A stretch of DNA of 64,000 nucleotides from Deltaproteobacteria bacterium (GCA_029210625.1 JARGFU010000007.1:27742-91741), one strand, 5' to 3'. Shown: positions 27,728-41,400, counted from the stretch's first letter. Notes: generated from the sequence alone by a model not told the origin. Program-made: numbers and translations.

Positions 27728-29305
27728 TCACTCCTCGACGAGGGTGCGGCTCTGCTCTCGCATGAACTGCAGGGTGTAGTACGGGCCGCAGCCGCCCTTG
27801 CCGGTGCTGCCGGAGCCCTTCCAGCCACAGAAGGGCTGGGCGCCCGGCCAGGCGCCGGTGGTCGCGCCGGTGCGCTTGTTCACGTAGGTCACGCCGGACT
27901 CGATCTCGTCGAAGAAGCGCGCGATCTCCGCCTTGTCGGCGCTGTAGAAGCCGGCGGTGAGGCCGTACTCGGCGCGGTTGCTCTCCTCGAGGGCCTGGTC
28001 GAGGGAGTCGACCACGCCGATGGCGAGGAAGGGCGTGAAGAACTCCTCCATGAAGAGGGTGCTCTCCAGGGGGGCCCGGGCGATGGTGGGGGCCACGAAG
28101 CGGCCCTTGGCGAGGTCGCCCTCGGTCAGGCGCTCGCCGCCGTGGAGGATCTCGCCCTCCTTCTTCGCCTGGTCGACCGCGCCCTGCCAGGTCCGGATGG
28201 CGCCCTCGCTGATCACCGGGCCGAAGTAGACGTCCTTCTGGGTGACGTCACCGATGGTGATCTCCCGGGTGAGCTTCAGCAGCTTTTCGACGAAGGCGTC
28301 GGCCACGTCCTTGTGCACGTAGACGCGCGAGCAGGCGCTGCACTTCTGGTTCTGCAGGCCCCAGGCGGACTTCATGACGCCCATGGCGGCCATGTCGAGG
28401 TCGGCCGAGGGCATGATGATCGCCGGGTTCTTGCCGCCCAGCTCGAGCAGGCAGGGCTTGATCCACTTCTGGCTCATGCCGTGGAAGATGTGGAGGCCGA
28501 CGGCCTTGGAGCCGGTGAAGACGACGCCGTCCACGCCCGGGTGGAAGACCAGGGGATCACCCATCACCGAGCCGCGGCCGGTGAGGAAGTTGATCACGCC
28601 CGGGGGCACGCCCGCGTCGCGGTAGCACTCGAAGACCTTCAGGCCGGTCCAGGGGGTGTCGGTGGCGGGCTTGTAGATGACCGCGTTGCCGGTCACCAGC
28701 GCCGCCGAGGACATGCCGAAGGAGAGGGCCGCCGGGAAGTTGAAGGGGGCGACGCAGGCGAAGACGCCGTAGGGGCGCAGCACGTCGGTGTTGGTCTCGA
28801 TCGGCGTCAGCTTGTTCATGTCGCGGACCCAGCCCTTGGCGTCCTCGACCTGCTGCGCGTAGTAGTCGATGAGATCGGCGGACTCCTCGGCGTCGCCGAG
28901 GGCCTCGAGGCGGTTCTTGCCGACCTCGATGCTCATGATGGCGGCGAGCTCGAACTTGCGCTTGCGCACGACCTTGGCGGCCTCGCGCAGGATGGCGACG
29001 CGCTCCTGCCAGGGGCGGGCGGCCCAGGCCTTCTGGGCGGCGCGGGCGGCCTTCACCGCCATGTCGACGTGCTCGAGCTGGCCGTTCTGGAACTTGCCCA
29101 GCACGATGCTGGTGTCGATGGGCGAGACGTCCGTGTTGGGCTCGGCGTCGGCGGTGACCTCCTCGCCCCCGATGACGAGGGGGTGGGTCTTGCCGAACTC
29201 GCCCCGGATCTTCTCGAGGGCCTCGTCGAAGTACTGGTGGACCTCCTCCATCTGATCGGCGGTGGTCGTGTAGGTGATGCGCAGGTTCTCGGGAGCCGTG
29301 GCCAT
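27728..29305 (-). CDS. Aldehyde dehydrogenase, P5C-dehydrogenase-like
   Basis: PFNFP, FTGS, LELGGKN, QKCSACSR, EEFF, GAQPFCGWKGSG. Confidence 0.9.
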   Translation of the reverse strand: MATAPENLRITYTTTADQMEEVHQYFDEALEKIRGEFGKTHPLVIGGEEVTADAEPNTDVSPIDTSIVLGKFQNGQLEHVDMAVKAARAAQKAWAARPWQERVAILREAAKVVRKRKFELAAIMSIEVGKNRLEALGDAEESADLIDYYAQQVEDAKGWVRDMNKLTPIETNTDVLRPYGVFACVAPFNFPAALSFGMSSAALVTGNAVIYKPATDTPWTGLKVFECYRDAGVPPGVINFLTGRGSVMGDPLVFHPGVDGVVFTGSKAVGLHIFHGMSQKWIKPCLLELGGKNPAIIMPSADLDMAAMGVMKSAWGLQNQKCSACSRVYVHKDVADAFVEKLLKLTREITIGDVTQKDVYFGPVISEGAIRTWQGAVDQAKKEGEILHGGERLTEGDLAKGRFVAPTIARAPLESTLFMEEFFTPFLAIGVVDSLDQALEESNRAEYGLTAGFYSADKAEIARFFDEIESGVTYVNKRTGATTGAWPGAQPFCGWKGSGSTGKGGCGPYYTLQFMREQSRTLVEE

Positions 29306-29421
29306 GGCAAACCTCCTTGAGGGGTCGCAATCGTTCGAGAGGGGTCCGCAACCTACCGCTCGCCCCCGGGCGCGGCAAGGACCGCCGTCCGGGGCCGGAG
29401 GGCCCTGGAACACGCTGTTTC

Positions 29422-29450
29422 AGCCGCCCGGAGCGTTCTTCCGGGCGGCT
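29422..29450 (-). terminator. Hairpin downstream of the giant repeat gene
   Basis: AGCCGCCCGGA-N7-TCCGGGCGGCT; no clear U tract. Confidence 0.4.
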
Positions 29451-29466
29451 CGGGGTGCGCGGAGCG

Positions 29467-32400
29467 CTAGCGTCGGCGCCGCCGCAGGGGCAGGGCCAGG
29501 AGCGCCAGCAGGGCCGCGAGGGCGATCCCGCCGCCGCCGACGTCGCTCTCGGACGCCATGCAGTTGCAGCCGCGGCCGGTGCCGACGTCCGGCGGCTCGG
29601 CGACGGTGAAGGTCCGGATCTCGCCGAAGCCGGTGCCGCCCTCGCTCCCCGCGATGGCGCAGAAGTAGTAGGTGCCCGCGCCGGGGTTGGGCAGCGTCTC
29701 GGCGAACTGCACCGCGAAGTTGCCGGCGCCCAGGATGGTGCCCTCGCCCTCGCCGGCGGGCACCCGGGTGCCGAAGCTGTCGTCGCAGGCGGCGGGCTCC
29801 TGCAGGCTGTAGCGGAACCAGCCCACCGCGTCGAAGCCCTGCGGGTTGCCGGAGCCGGCGAGGGTGACCTGCTGGGCGTTGGACGAGCTCGAGAGGGTCA
29901 ACACCAGCGGCGGCACGTCGGCGGTGGTGAAGGACTGCACGTTCCCGAAGGCCGCGCCCGCCAGGTTGCTGGCCGCGGCGCAGTAGTAGTAGGTCGTGCC
30001 GGGGCTCAGGCCGGCCGCGTTCACCGAGAAGGGCGCGGGGCTGAAGGCCGCGCCCAGGGCGATGCCGCCGGTGTCCGGCACCCGCTGGCCGAAGGCGTCG
30101 TCGCAGGTGCCCGGGTCGGTGTCACCGAGGCGGAACCAGCCGGTGGCCTCGGTGCCGTTCGGGGTCGCGGCGCCGGCCAGGGTGGCCGAGGTCCCCACCA
30201 CGTCCGTCGCCGGATCGGTGACCACGTCGGGCGCCGTGGCGCCGGTGGTGAAGGACTCGAGCTGCCCGAAGGTCATGCCCAGGCCGTTCTCGGCGATGGC
30301 GCAGTAGTAGTAGGTCACGCCCGGATCGAGGCCCGTGGCGGGCTCGGAGAAGGCGACCGGATCGACGCCGGCCCCGAGGTCGTGGCCGAGGGCGTCCGGC
30401 AGGCGGATGCCGAAGCTGTCGTCGCAGCTGCCGGGATCGACGCTGTCGATCCGGAACCAGCCCAGGGTCAGGTCGGCGTTGGGGTTGGCCGTGCCGTTGA
30501 GGACCGCCGAGGAGAGATCGACCCCGGTCGCCGGATCGGTGGTGACGCTCGGGTAGTCGGCCGGGGTGGTCAGCATCCGCACCTCGCCGAAGCCGAAGCC
30601 GTCGCTGTTCTGGGCGATGGCGCAGAAGTAGTAGGTGGTGTTCGGCGTCAGGCCGGTGAGGGTCTCGGTGAAGGGCGTGACCCCGGCGCCGGCGGTGATG
30701 GGGGTGCCGCCGCTGGCGGGGAGCCGGGTGCCGAAGAGGTCGTCACAGCTGCCCGGGCTGGTCGTGCCGTAGCGGAACCAGGCGGTGGTGGCGAGGGGGC
30801 CGGGTTCGGCCGTGCCGTGGAGGTCGGCGCCGGTCGCGACGATCTGGTCGGCCGGCTCGGTGGTGACCCGCGGCGAGCCGAGGGTGGTGAAGGAGAGGAC
30901 CGCCCCGAAGCCCAGGCCGGTGGCGTTCTGGGCGACGGCGCAGAAGTAGTAGGTCGTCCCCGCCGTGAGGCCCACCAGGCTTTCGCTGAAGGTGACCGGG
31001 CTGGTGCCCGAGCCCAGGGAGGTGCCGCCGAAGGAGGGCGCCCGCATCCCGAAGGTGTCGTTGCAGGTGCCCGGGCTGGTGGTGTCGTAGCGGAAGTAGC
31101 CGGTGGAGGCGCCGGCGTTCGGGTTGGCCACGCCCTCCAGGGTGGCGGTGGTGTGGCCGAGGCTGGTGGCCGCCAGGGTGGTGGTCGCCGGGGCCTCCAG
31201 GGTGGTGAAGGAGAGGACCGAGCCGATCCCCGTGCCGGTGGCGTTCTGCGCGATGGCGTAGAAGTAGTAGGTCGTGCCGGGCTGGAGGCCGGTGATGCCC
31301 TGGGTGTAGGGGACCGGGCTGCTGCCGGAGCCCAGGGCGGTGCCGGAGGCGGCCGGGGCCCGGGTGCCGAAGCTGTCGTTGCAGAAGACCGGATCCGCGG
31401 TGTCGTAGCGGAAGTGGCCGGTCGTCGCGGCGAGGTTCGGGTTCGCCGAGCCGCCGAGCACCGCGCTGCTGCCGGTGATCGAGGTGGCCGCCACGGTGGT
31501 CACCGAGGGGCTCGCCGGGGTGGTGAAGGAGAGGACCGTGCCGAAGCCCGGGCCGGTCGAGTTCGTGGCGATGGCGCAGTAGTAGTAGGTGGTGCTCGGG
31601 GTCAGGCCGGTGATGCCCTGGCTGTACTGCACGGCGCTGCCGCCGTTGCCGAGGCTGGTGCCTCCCGCGAAGGGCGCCCGCGTCCCGAAGGTGTCGTTGC
31701 AGCTCGACGGAGCGGTGCTCGCGTAGCGGAAGTAGCCGGTGCTGGCGGAGAGGTTGGGGTTCGCCCAGCCCTCGAGGGTGGCCCCGGTGCTGCTGACGCC
31801 GGTCGGGGGCAGGGTGGCGACCGTCGGCGCAGAGGGCGTCGTGAAGGAGAGCACGCTGCCGTAGCCGGCGCCGGTGGCGTTGGAGGCGATGGCGCAGAAG
31901 TAGTAGGTGGTCCCCGCCGTGAGCCCCGAGATGGCCTGCGAGTAGGGCACGGCGCTGCTGCCGTTGCCGAGGTCGGCGCCGCCGGAGGCCGGCATCCGCG
32001 TGCCGAAGCTGTCGTTGCAGAAGGTGGGATCCGTGGCGCTGTAGCGGAAGTAGCCCGTGGTGGCCGTCAGGTTCGGGTTGGCCGATCCGTTGAAGACCGC
32101 GCCGGTGCTGGTCACCGAGGTCGCCGCCACGGTGGTGACGGTGGGCTCGGCCGGGGTGGTGAAGGAGAGGACCGTGCCGAAGCCCGGGCCCTCGCTGTTG
32201 GTGGCGATGGCGCAGAAGTAGTAGGTGGTCGCCGGGGTGAGGCCGGTGATGCTCTCGGCGTAGGCCTGCGGGGCGCTACCAGCGCCGAGGTCGGCGCCGC
32301 CGCCGGCCGGGGCGCGGGTCCCGAAGGTGTCGTTGCAGGTGCCCGGGCTGGTGGTGGCGTAGCGGAAGTGGCCGGTGGTGGTCGAGGCGTTCGGATCCGC

Positions 32401-35400
32401 CGAGCCGTTCAGGGTCGCGCCCCAGCCGGAGAGGCTGGTGGCCGCCAGGGTGGTGACCGCGGGAGGCGCCAGGGTGGTGAAGGAGAGCACCTGGCCGAGC
32501 TCCAGGCCCACGGCGTTCTGGGCGATGGCGCAGAAGTAGTAGGTCGTCCCGGGGACGAGACCGGTGAGGGTCTGGGTGTAGGTCACCGGGGTGCCGCCGG
32601 CCCCGAGGGAGACGCCGCCGGTGGCCGGGGTCCGGGTGCCGAAGCTGTCGTTGCAGGCGCCCGGGTTCACGGGGCCGTAGCGCAACCAGCCGGTGGTGGC
32701 CGAGAGGTTCGGGTTGGCGCTGCCCTCGAGGGTGGCGGTGCTGCCGGCCACCCCGCTGGCGGCGAGGGTGGTGACGCTCGGGCTCGCGAGGGTGGTGAAG
32801 CTCTGCACCCCGCCGAAGGTGCGCCCCTCGGCGTTCACCGCCGCGGCGCAGAAGTAGTAGGTCGTCGCCGGCGAGAGGCCGGTGACCGCGAGGCTGTAGG
32901 GCACGGAGAGGTTGCCGGCGCCGAGCGCCTCACCGCCGGTGGAGGGGTGGCGGGTGCCGTAGGCGTCGCTGCAGGTGCCCGGCGCGGTGGTGCCGAGGCG
33001 GAAGTAGCCGGTGGCGGCCGCGAGGTTCGGATCGGCCGAGCCCTCGAGGGTCGCGCCGGTGCTGCTCACCGCCGTCGCGGCGAGGCTCGCCACGGTGGGC
33101 GCCGCCGGGGTGGTGAAGGAGAGCACGCTGCCGAAGTCGGTGCCGGTGGCGTTCTGGGCGATGGCGCAGAAGTAGTAGGTCGTCCCGGCGGCCAGGCCCG
33201 AGACGGCCTGCGTGAAGGGCACGTTCGCGCTGCCGGCGCCGAGGTTGGCGCCGCCCGAGGCGGGCGCCCGGGTACCGAAGCTGTCGTTGCAGACCGAGGG
33301 ATCGGTGCTGCTGTAGCGGAAGTAGCCGGTCGTGGGAGACAGGTTCGGGTTGGCCGAGCCGGCCAGGACCGCGCTGCTGCCCGTCACCGAGGTCGCGGGC
33401 GAGGTCACGACGTTGGGCGCCGCCGGCGTGCTGAAGCTCGAGATGGCGCCGAAGGAGGTGCCCTGGGCGTTACTGGCGATGGCGCAGTAGTAGTAGGTCG
33501 TCGCCGCGGAGAGGCCCACCAGGCTCTGGCTGAAGGGCACGGGGACGCTGCCCGAGCCGAGGCTCGCGCCGCCGGTGAGGGGAGCGCGGGTGCCGAAGCT
33601 GTCGTCACAGGCGCCGGGGTTGGTGGTGGAGTAGCGGAAGTGCCCGGTGGTGGCCGAGTTGCTCGGGTTGGCGGAGCCCTCGAGGGTGGCGCTCGTGGCC
33701 GCGACGGAGGTCGCGGGCGCGGTGGTCACCGTGGGCGGCGCCGCGGTCGTGAAGGAGAGGACGAGGCCGAAGCCGGTGCCGTAGGTGTTCGAGGCGATGG
33801 CGCAGTAGAAGTAGGTCGTGCCCGTCGTCAGGCCGGTGATGGCCTCGGAGAAGGGGACGCTGGCGCCGCCCGAGCCGAGGTCGGTGCCGCCCGCCGCCGG
33901 CACCCGGGTGCCGAAGGCGTCGTTGCAGACCCCCGGATCGGTGGTGGCGAAGCGGAAGTGCGCGGTGGTCGCCTCGAAGTTGGGGTTGCCGGAGCCGGTG
34001 AGGGTGGCGCCGGTGCCGGTCACCGCGGTCACGGCGCTGGTCAAGACGGTCGGCGCCGCGGCGGTGGTGAAGGTCTGCACGCCGCCGAAGCCCGTGCCCT
34101 CGGAGTTGGAGGCGATGGCGCAGTAGAAGTAGGTCGTCCCGGTCGAGAGGCCCGTGAGCGGCTCGCTGAAGGGCACGGGGCTGCTGCCCGACCCGAGCGA
34201 GGTGCCGCCGGCGGCCGGGAGCCGGGTGCCGAAGCTGTCGCTGCAGGTGCCCGGATCGGTGGTCGAGAAGCGGAAGTGCCCGGTGGCCGCCCGCAGGTTC
34301 GGGGTCGCCGAGGCCTGGAGGGTGGCGGTGGTGCTGGTCACGCCGGTGGCGGCCAGGGTCGCGACGGTCGGGGCCGCCGGCGTGGTGAAGGAGAGGACCG
34401 CTCCGTAGCCGTTGCCCGTGCCGCTCTGGGCGATGGCGCAGAAGTAGTAGGTCGTGCCGGCGCCGAGGCCGGTGAGGGCCTGCGAGTAGGGCACCGGGCT
34501 GCCGCCCGCACCGAGGGAGACACCGCCGGCGGCCGGGGCCCGGGTGCCGAAGCTGTCGTTGCAGGTGGTGGGGTCGGTGCTGCTGTAGCGGAAGTACCCG
34601 GTGGTCGCGTCGAGGTTCGGGTTCGCCGAGCCGTTGAGCACCGCGCTGGTGCTCGTGACCGAGGTCGCCGCAGCGGTGGTCACGGCGGGCAGGGTCGGCG
34701 TGGTGAAGGAGAGCACGGCGCCGAGGGCGGTGCCCTCCGCGTTGATGGCGATGGCGCAGTAGTAGTAGGTCGTGCCCGAGGCGAGGCCGGTGAGGACCTC
34801 GGTGTAGGCCAGCGGGGCGGCGCCCGAGCCGAGATCGGTCCCGCCCGTGGCCGGGACGCGGGTGCCGAAGCTGTCGTCACAGACCCCGGGGGAGGTCGTC
34901 GCGTAGCGGAAGTGGCCGGTGGTGGGGGAGCGGTTGGCGATCGCCGTGCCCTCGAGGGTGGCGCCGGTGGCCGAGACGGCGGTGGCCGGATCGGTGGTCA
35001 CGACGGGGACGTCGGCGGTGGTGAAGCTCTGGAGCACGCCGAAGCTCGTGCCCACCGCGTTGGTGGCGATGGCGCAGAAGTAGTAGGTCGTCCCGGCGGA
35101 GAGGCCGGAGAGGGCCTGGGTGTAGGGCACGGGGCTGCCGCCGCTGCCCAGGGAGGCGCCGCCGGTGGCCGGAGCGCGCAGGCCGAAGCTGTCGTCACAG
35201 ACCCCGGGGTCGGTCGTCGCGTAGCGGAAGTGGCCGGTGGTGGCCTCGAGGTTGGGATCGGCGGACGCCGAGAGGATCGCGCTGGAGCCGGTGATCGCCG
35301 TGGCGCTGCCGGTGGAGACCGAGGGGGCGTCGGCGGTGGTGAAGCTCAGCACGCCGCCGAAGGCCGTGCCCTCGGCGTTGGTGGCGATGGCGCAGTAGTA

Positions 35401-38400
35401 GTAGGTCGTCCCGGTCGAGAGGCCGGAGAGGGTCCGCGAGTAGAAGACGTCGGAGCTGCCCGCCCCCAGCGCGGTGCCGCCGGTGGCCGGGGTGCGCGTG
35501 CCGAAGGTGTCGTTGCAGGTCCCCGGATCGGTGGTGGCGTAGCGGAAGTGGCCGGTCGAGGCCGAGAGGTTGGGGTTGGCGGCGCCCTCGAGGGTCGCGC
35601 CGGTGCCGCTCACCGCCGAGGCGGCGAGGGTGGTCACCGCCGGCGCCGAGGGCGTGGTGAAGGAGATCACGCTGCCGAAGCCCGTGCCCGTGGCGCTCTG
35701 CGCGATGGCGCAGAAGTAGTAGGTGGTGCCGGAGGCGAGGCCGGTGAGGGAGTTGGAGTAGGGCACCGGGCTGTTCCCCGAGCCCAGGTCCGTCCCACCG
35801 GAGGCCGGGGTGCGGGTGCCGAAGCTGTCGTTGCAGGTGGTCGGATCGGTGCTGCTGTAGCGGAACCACCCCGTCGTGGCGTCGAGGTTGGGATCGGCCG
35901 AGCCGTTGAGCACCGCGCCGCTGCTGGTCACCGAGGTCGCCGCGGCGGTGGTCACCGTCGGCAGAGTCGGGGTGGTGAAGGAGAGCACGGCCCCGAAGGA
36001 GGTGCCCTCGGCGTTCGCCGCGATGGCGCAGTAGTAGTAGGTCGTCGAGGAGGCCAGCCCGGTGAGGACCTCGTCGTAGGGGAGGGCGCTGCTGCCGGCG
36101 CCCAGGGCGGTCCCGCCGGAGGCCGGGGCGCGGGTGCCGAAGCTGTCGTTGCAGGTGCCCGGATCGCTGGAGGCGTAGCGGAAGTAGCCGCTGGTGCCCG
36201 AGAGGTTCGGGTTGGCGGAGCCCTGGAGCGTGGCCCCGCTGGCGCTGACCGCAGTCGCCGCGAGGGTGCTCACGGTCGGGGCGTCGGGCGTGGTGAAGGA
36301 GAGGACGCCGCCGAAGGCGGTGCCCACGGCGTTCGTGGCCGCGGCGCAGAAGTAGTAGGTGGTCGAGGCGGAGAGGCCCGCGAGCACCTCGTCGAAGGAG
36401 ATCGGCGTGCCGCCGGCGCCCAGGTCGGTGCCGCCCGAGGCCGGGACGCGGGTGCCGAAGCTGTCGTTGCAGGTGCCCGGGTCGATCGTGCCGTAGCGGA
36501 AGTAGCCGGTGGCGGCGAGGAGCTGCGGGTTGGCCTGGCCGTCGAGGGTGGCGCCGGTGCTGCTCACGCCGCTGACGGCGACGGTGGTGACGGTCGGCGC
36601 CGCCGCGGTGGAGAAGGAGCGGACCACGCCGAAGCCGGTGCCCTCGGCGTTGTTGGCGATGGCGCAGTAGTAGTACGTCGTCCCGGTGGCGAGCCCGGTG
36701 ACGCTCTGGGTGTAGGGCACGGGCGCGCTGCCGGCGCCGAGGGAGGCGCCGCCGCTGGCCGGGGCCCGGGTGCCGAAGCTGTCGTTGCAGGTGCCCGGAT
36801 CCGTGGCGCTGTAGCGGAAGTAGCCGGTGGTCGGCGAGAGGTTCGGGCTGGCCGTGCCCTCGAGGGTGGCGCTGGTGCCCGTCACCGCGCTGGCGGTCAC
36901 GGTGGTCACCCCCGGCGGGCCGGTGGTGGTGAAGGAGAGCACGCCACCGAAGTCGAGGCCGGTGGCGTTCTGGGCGATGGCGCAGAAGTAGTAGGTGATG
37001 CCGCTCGAGAGGCCGCTGATGGCCTGGGCGAAGGCGATGGGGCTGCCGCCGGCGCCGAGGGAGGCGCCGCCGGTGGCCGGGGTGCGGGTGCCGAAGGTGT
37101 CGTCGCAGCTGGCCGGAGGCGTGGCCGAGTAGCGGAACCAGCCGGTGGTCGAGGAGAGGTTCGGGTTGGCCGAGCCGTTGAGGGTCGCGCCCGAGCTGGA
37201 GATCAGGCTGGCGGCGACGGTGGTGACCGTCGGGGTGGCCGGCGTGGTGAAGGTCGCCACGCTGCCGAAGCCGGTGCCCACGGCGTTCGAGGCGATGGCG
37301 CAGAAGTAGTAGGTGGTGCCCGAGGAGAGGCCGGTGATGGCCTGGGTGTAGGGCACGGCGATGTCGCCGGCACCCAGCGAGGCGCCGCCGGAGGCCGGGG
37401 CGCGGGTGCCGAAGCTGTCGTCGCAGGTGCCCGGATCGGTGGTGTCGTAGCGGAAGTAGCCGGTGCTGCCGTTCAGGTTGGGATCGGCCTGGCCGGCCAG
37501 GGTGGCCCCCGAGCTGGTGATCGAGCTGGCCACGCCGGTGGTCACCGTCGGGGCGGCGGGCGTGGTGAAGGAGAGGATCTCACCCACGGCGTTGCCCACG
37601 CTGCTCGAGGCGAGGATGCAGAAGTAGTAGGTCGTGCCCGGGTTCAGCGAGGTGACCGCCTGGGCGTGAGGCACCGGCGTGTTGCCGCCGCCGAGGTCCG
37701 CCCCGCCGGTGGCCGGGGTGCGGGTGCCGAAGGTGTCGTTGCAGGTGCCCGGGTTGGTGGTGCTGTGGCGGAACCAGGCGGTGGTGGGATCGCCGTTGGG
37801 GTTCACCGTGCCGTTGAGGGTCGCGCCGGTGGAGGCGATGGCCGTGGCCGCCAGGGTGGTCGCCGCGGGCGGCGCCGCCGGGGTGGTGAAGGAGAGGACC
37901 GGCCCGAGGGTCTTGCCCACGCTGCTCTCGGCGATGGCGCAGAAGTAGTAGGTGGTCGCCGGCGCGAGCCCGGAGAGGGGCTGGGCCATGGCGACCGGCA
38001 CCGAGCCGCTCCCCAGGGAGTAGGTCGTGGAGACCGTGCCGAAGGTGTCGTTGCAGCCCGCCGGATCGGTGGTGTCGTAGCGGAACCAGCCGGTGGTCGT
38101 GTAGCTGTTCGGGGTGATCGCGGCGTTGAGGGTCGCGGTGGTCGAGGTGACCGGCGTGGCGGCCAGGGTGACGACCGTCGGCGGGGTGGTCGTGGTGAAG
38201 CTGCGGACGGTGCCGAAGGAGATGCCCACCGCGTTCTGGGCGACGGCGCAGAAGTAGTAGGTCGTCCCCGGGGAGAGCCCGGTGATCGCCTGGGAGAAGC
38301 TGGTGTTGCTGGTGCCCGAGCCGAGGTTGGTGCCGCCGGTGGTCGGCGCCCGGGTCCCGAAGCTGTCGTTGCAGGTGCCGGGGCTGGCCGTGCCGTAGCG

Positions 38401-41400
38401 GTACCAGCCGGTGGTGGCGCTGCCCCAGGGGTTGGCGTAGCCGTTGAGGGTGGCGAGGGTGGGGCTGACGCCGGTGGCGCTGTTGGTGCCGACCGTCGGC
38501 TCCACGGAGTCGGTGGTGAAGGTCTGCACCGAGCCCCAGCTGGTGCCGTAGGAGTTCCGGGCCAGCGCGCAGTAGTAGTAGGTCGTCCCGGGCTGGAGGC
38601 TGGTGCGCGAGCGGGAGAAGCTCACGACCCCGGCGCCGGTGCCGAGGTAGGTGTCCGAGGTGCTCGAGGAGGGCCAGCGGGTGCCGAAGACGTCGCTGCA
38701 GACCCCGGGGTTCGAGGTCGAGAAGCGGAAGTAGCCGTAGGTCCCGTTGTTGTTGGGGTTGGCCGTGCCCTGGAAGACCACCGAGGAGGAGGTGATCGAG
38801 GTGGGCGGCTCGGTGGTGACGATCGGCGCGTCGGCGGTGGTCACGGAGACCACCGTGCCGAAGGCCGTGCCCTCGGCGGAGGAGACGATGGCGCAGTAGT
38901 AGTAGGTGGTGCCCGCCGAGAGGCCGCTGATGGTCTGGTTGAAGGAGACGCCCGAGGTGCCCGAGCCCAGGCTGGTGCCACCGGTGGTGGGCGCCCGGGA
39001 GCCGAAGGTGTCGTTGCAGGTGCCCGGGTCGGTGAGGGCGTAGCGGAACCAGCCGGTGGTGGCCGCGCCGTTCGGGGTGCCAGTGCCGTAGAGGCGCACC
39101 GAGGAGTTGGTGATGCTGCCCGCGGCCTCGGTGACCACCGTCGGCGGCGTCGGGGTGGTGAAGCTGACGATCGAGCCGAAGGTCTTGCCGACGCTGTTCT
39201 CGGCGATGGCGCAGTAGTAGTAGGTCGTGCCGGCGACGAGGCCGGTGATGTCCTCACTGAAGGAGACGTTGTTGGTGCCCGCGCCGAGGGCGTCCCCGCC
39301 GGTGGTGGGGGCCCGGGTGCCGAAGGTGTCGTTGCAGGTGCCGGGGCTGGTGGTCGAGTAGCGGAACCAGCCGGTGGTGGCCGCGCCGCCCGGGTCGGAG
39401 GCGCCGCGCAGGGTGGCGGTGGTGCCGGTCAGGTTGATGGCGCTGTAGGTCGTCGCGGTCGGGGCGTCGGGCAGGGTGGTGAAGGAGAGCACCGAACCCC
39501 AGCTGGTGCCGTAGGAGTTCCGGGCCAGGGCGCAGTAGTAGTAGGTCGTCCCGGGCAGGAGGCTGGTGTAGGAGCGGGCGTAGAAGACCGGGGCGCTGCC
39601 GGTGCCCAGGTAGGTGTCGGAGGTCGTGGAGCTGGGCCAGCGCGTACCGAAGCTGTCGCTGCAGGCGCCCGGATCGGTGGTGGAGAAGCGGAAGTAGCCG
39701 TAGGTGCCGGCGGCGTTGGGGTCGGCCGAGCCGTTGAAGAGCACCGACGAGGAGGTGATCGAGGTCGGCGGCTCGGTCGTCACCGTCGGCGCGTCGGCCG
39801 TGGTGAAGGTGATCACCGCGCCGAAGGCGGTGCCCTCGGCCGAGGAGACGATGGCGCAGTAGTAGTAGGTCGAGCCCACCGAGAGCCCGGCGATGGACTG
39901 GGAGAAGGAGACCCCGCTGGTGCCGGTGCCGAGGTTGGTGCCGCCGGAGGTGGGGGCGCGAGAGCCGAAGGTGTCGTTGCAGGTCCCCGGATCGGTGGGG
40001 CTGTAGCGGAACCACCCGGTGGTGGCGGAGCCGTTGGGCGTGCCGGTGCCGCGCAGGGTGGCGTCGTCCTGGGTGATCCCGGTGGCGGGATCGGTGGTGA
40101 CCAGCGGCGGGGTGGGCGTCGTGAAGCTCACCATCGAGCCGAAGGCCTTGCCCACGCTGTTCTCGGCGATGGCGCAGTAGTAGTAGGTCGTGCCCGCGAC
40201 GAGGCCGGTGACGTTCTCGTTGAAGGAGACCGTGCTGTTCCCGGCGCCGAGGGCATCACCGCCGGTGGTGGGGGCGCGGGTACCGAAGGTGTCGTTGCAG
40301 GTGCCGGGGCTGGCCGTGGCGTAGCGGAACCAGGCGGTGGTCGTGGCGCCGCCGGGGTTCGCGCCGCCCCGCAGCTGGGCGCCGGTGCCCGTCAGGGCGG
40401 TGGCGCTGTAGGTGCTCACCGTCGGCAGGGCGGCCAGGGTGGTGAAGGACTGCACGGTGCCCCAGGAGGTCCCGTAGGAGTTCCGGGCCAGGGCGCAGTA
40501 GTAGTAGGTGTTCCCCGGCAGGAGGCCCGTGAGGGTGCGGGCGAAGGGCACCGCAGCCGTGCCGGTGCCGAGGTAGGTGTCGGAGCTCGTCGACGAGGGC
40601 CAGCGGGTGCCGAAGCTGTCGCTGCAGGTGCCCGGGTTGGTGGTGGAGTAGCGGAAGAAGCCGTAGGCGCCGTTGCTGTTCGGATCACCGGTGCCGTTGA
40701 AGACCACCGAGGTGGCCGTGATCGAGTTCGGCGCCTCGGTGGTCACCGCCGGCACGTCGGCGGTGGTGAAGCTCATCACCGCGCCGAAGGCGGTGCCCTC
40801 GGCCGAGGCGGCGATGGCGCAGTAGTAGTAGGTGGTCCCGGCCGAGAGGCCGGAGATGGCGCGGGAGTAGGGGACCGCGGCGGTGCCCGAGCCCAGGCTG
40901 GTGCCGCCGGTGGTGGGCGCCCGCGAGCCGAAGACGTCGTCGCAGTCGGTGGGCTCGGTCAGGGCGTAGCGGAACCAGCCGGTGGTGGCCGAGCCGTTGG
41001 GATCGGCCTGTCCCCGCAGGGTGGCCCCGCTGTTGGTGAGGCCGGTGATGGTGTCGGTGGTGACGATGGGCGGCGTCGGCGTGGTGAAGCTGACGATCGT
41101 GCCGTAGGTCTTGCCCTCGCTGTTCTCGGCGATGGCGCAGTAGTAGTAGGTGGTGCCGGCGGTCAGCCCGGAGATGGTCTCGTTGTAGGAGACCGTGCTG
41201 GTGCCCGAGCCGACGTCGTCGCCGCCGGTGGTGGGGGCGCGGGTGCCGAAGGTGTCGTTGCAGGTGCCCGGGCTGGAGGTGTCGTAGCGGAACCAGGCGG
41301 TGGTGGCCGCGCCGCCCGGATCGACCCCACCGCGAAGCAGCGCGGTGGTGGCGGTCAGGCCGGTGGCGCTGTAGGTCGAGACCCCCGGCGGATCCGCGAG

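Noticed and set aside
24004-29305. ALDH + aminotransferase + symporter as a novel pathway
   Set aside because: Ordinary ornithine/GABA/amine catabolic gene types; nothing unusual is visible.
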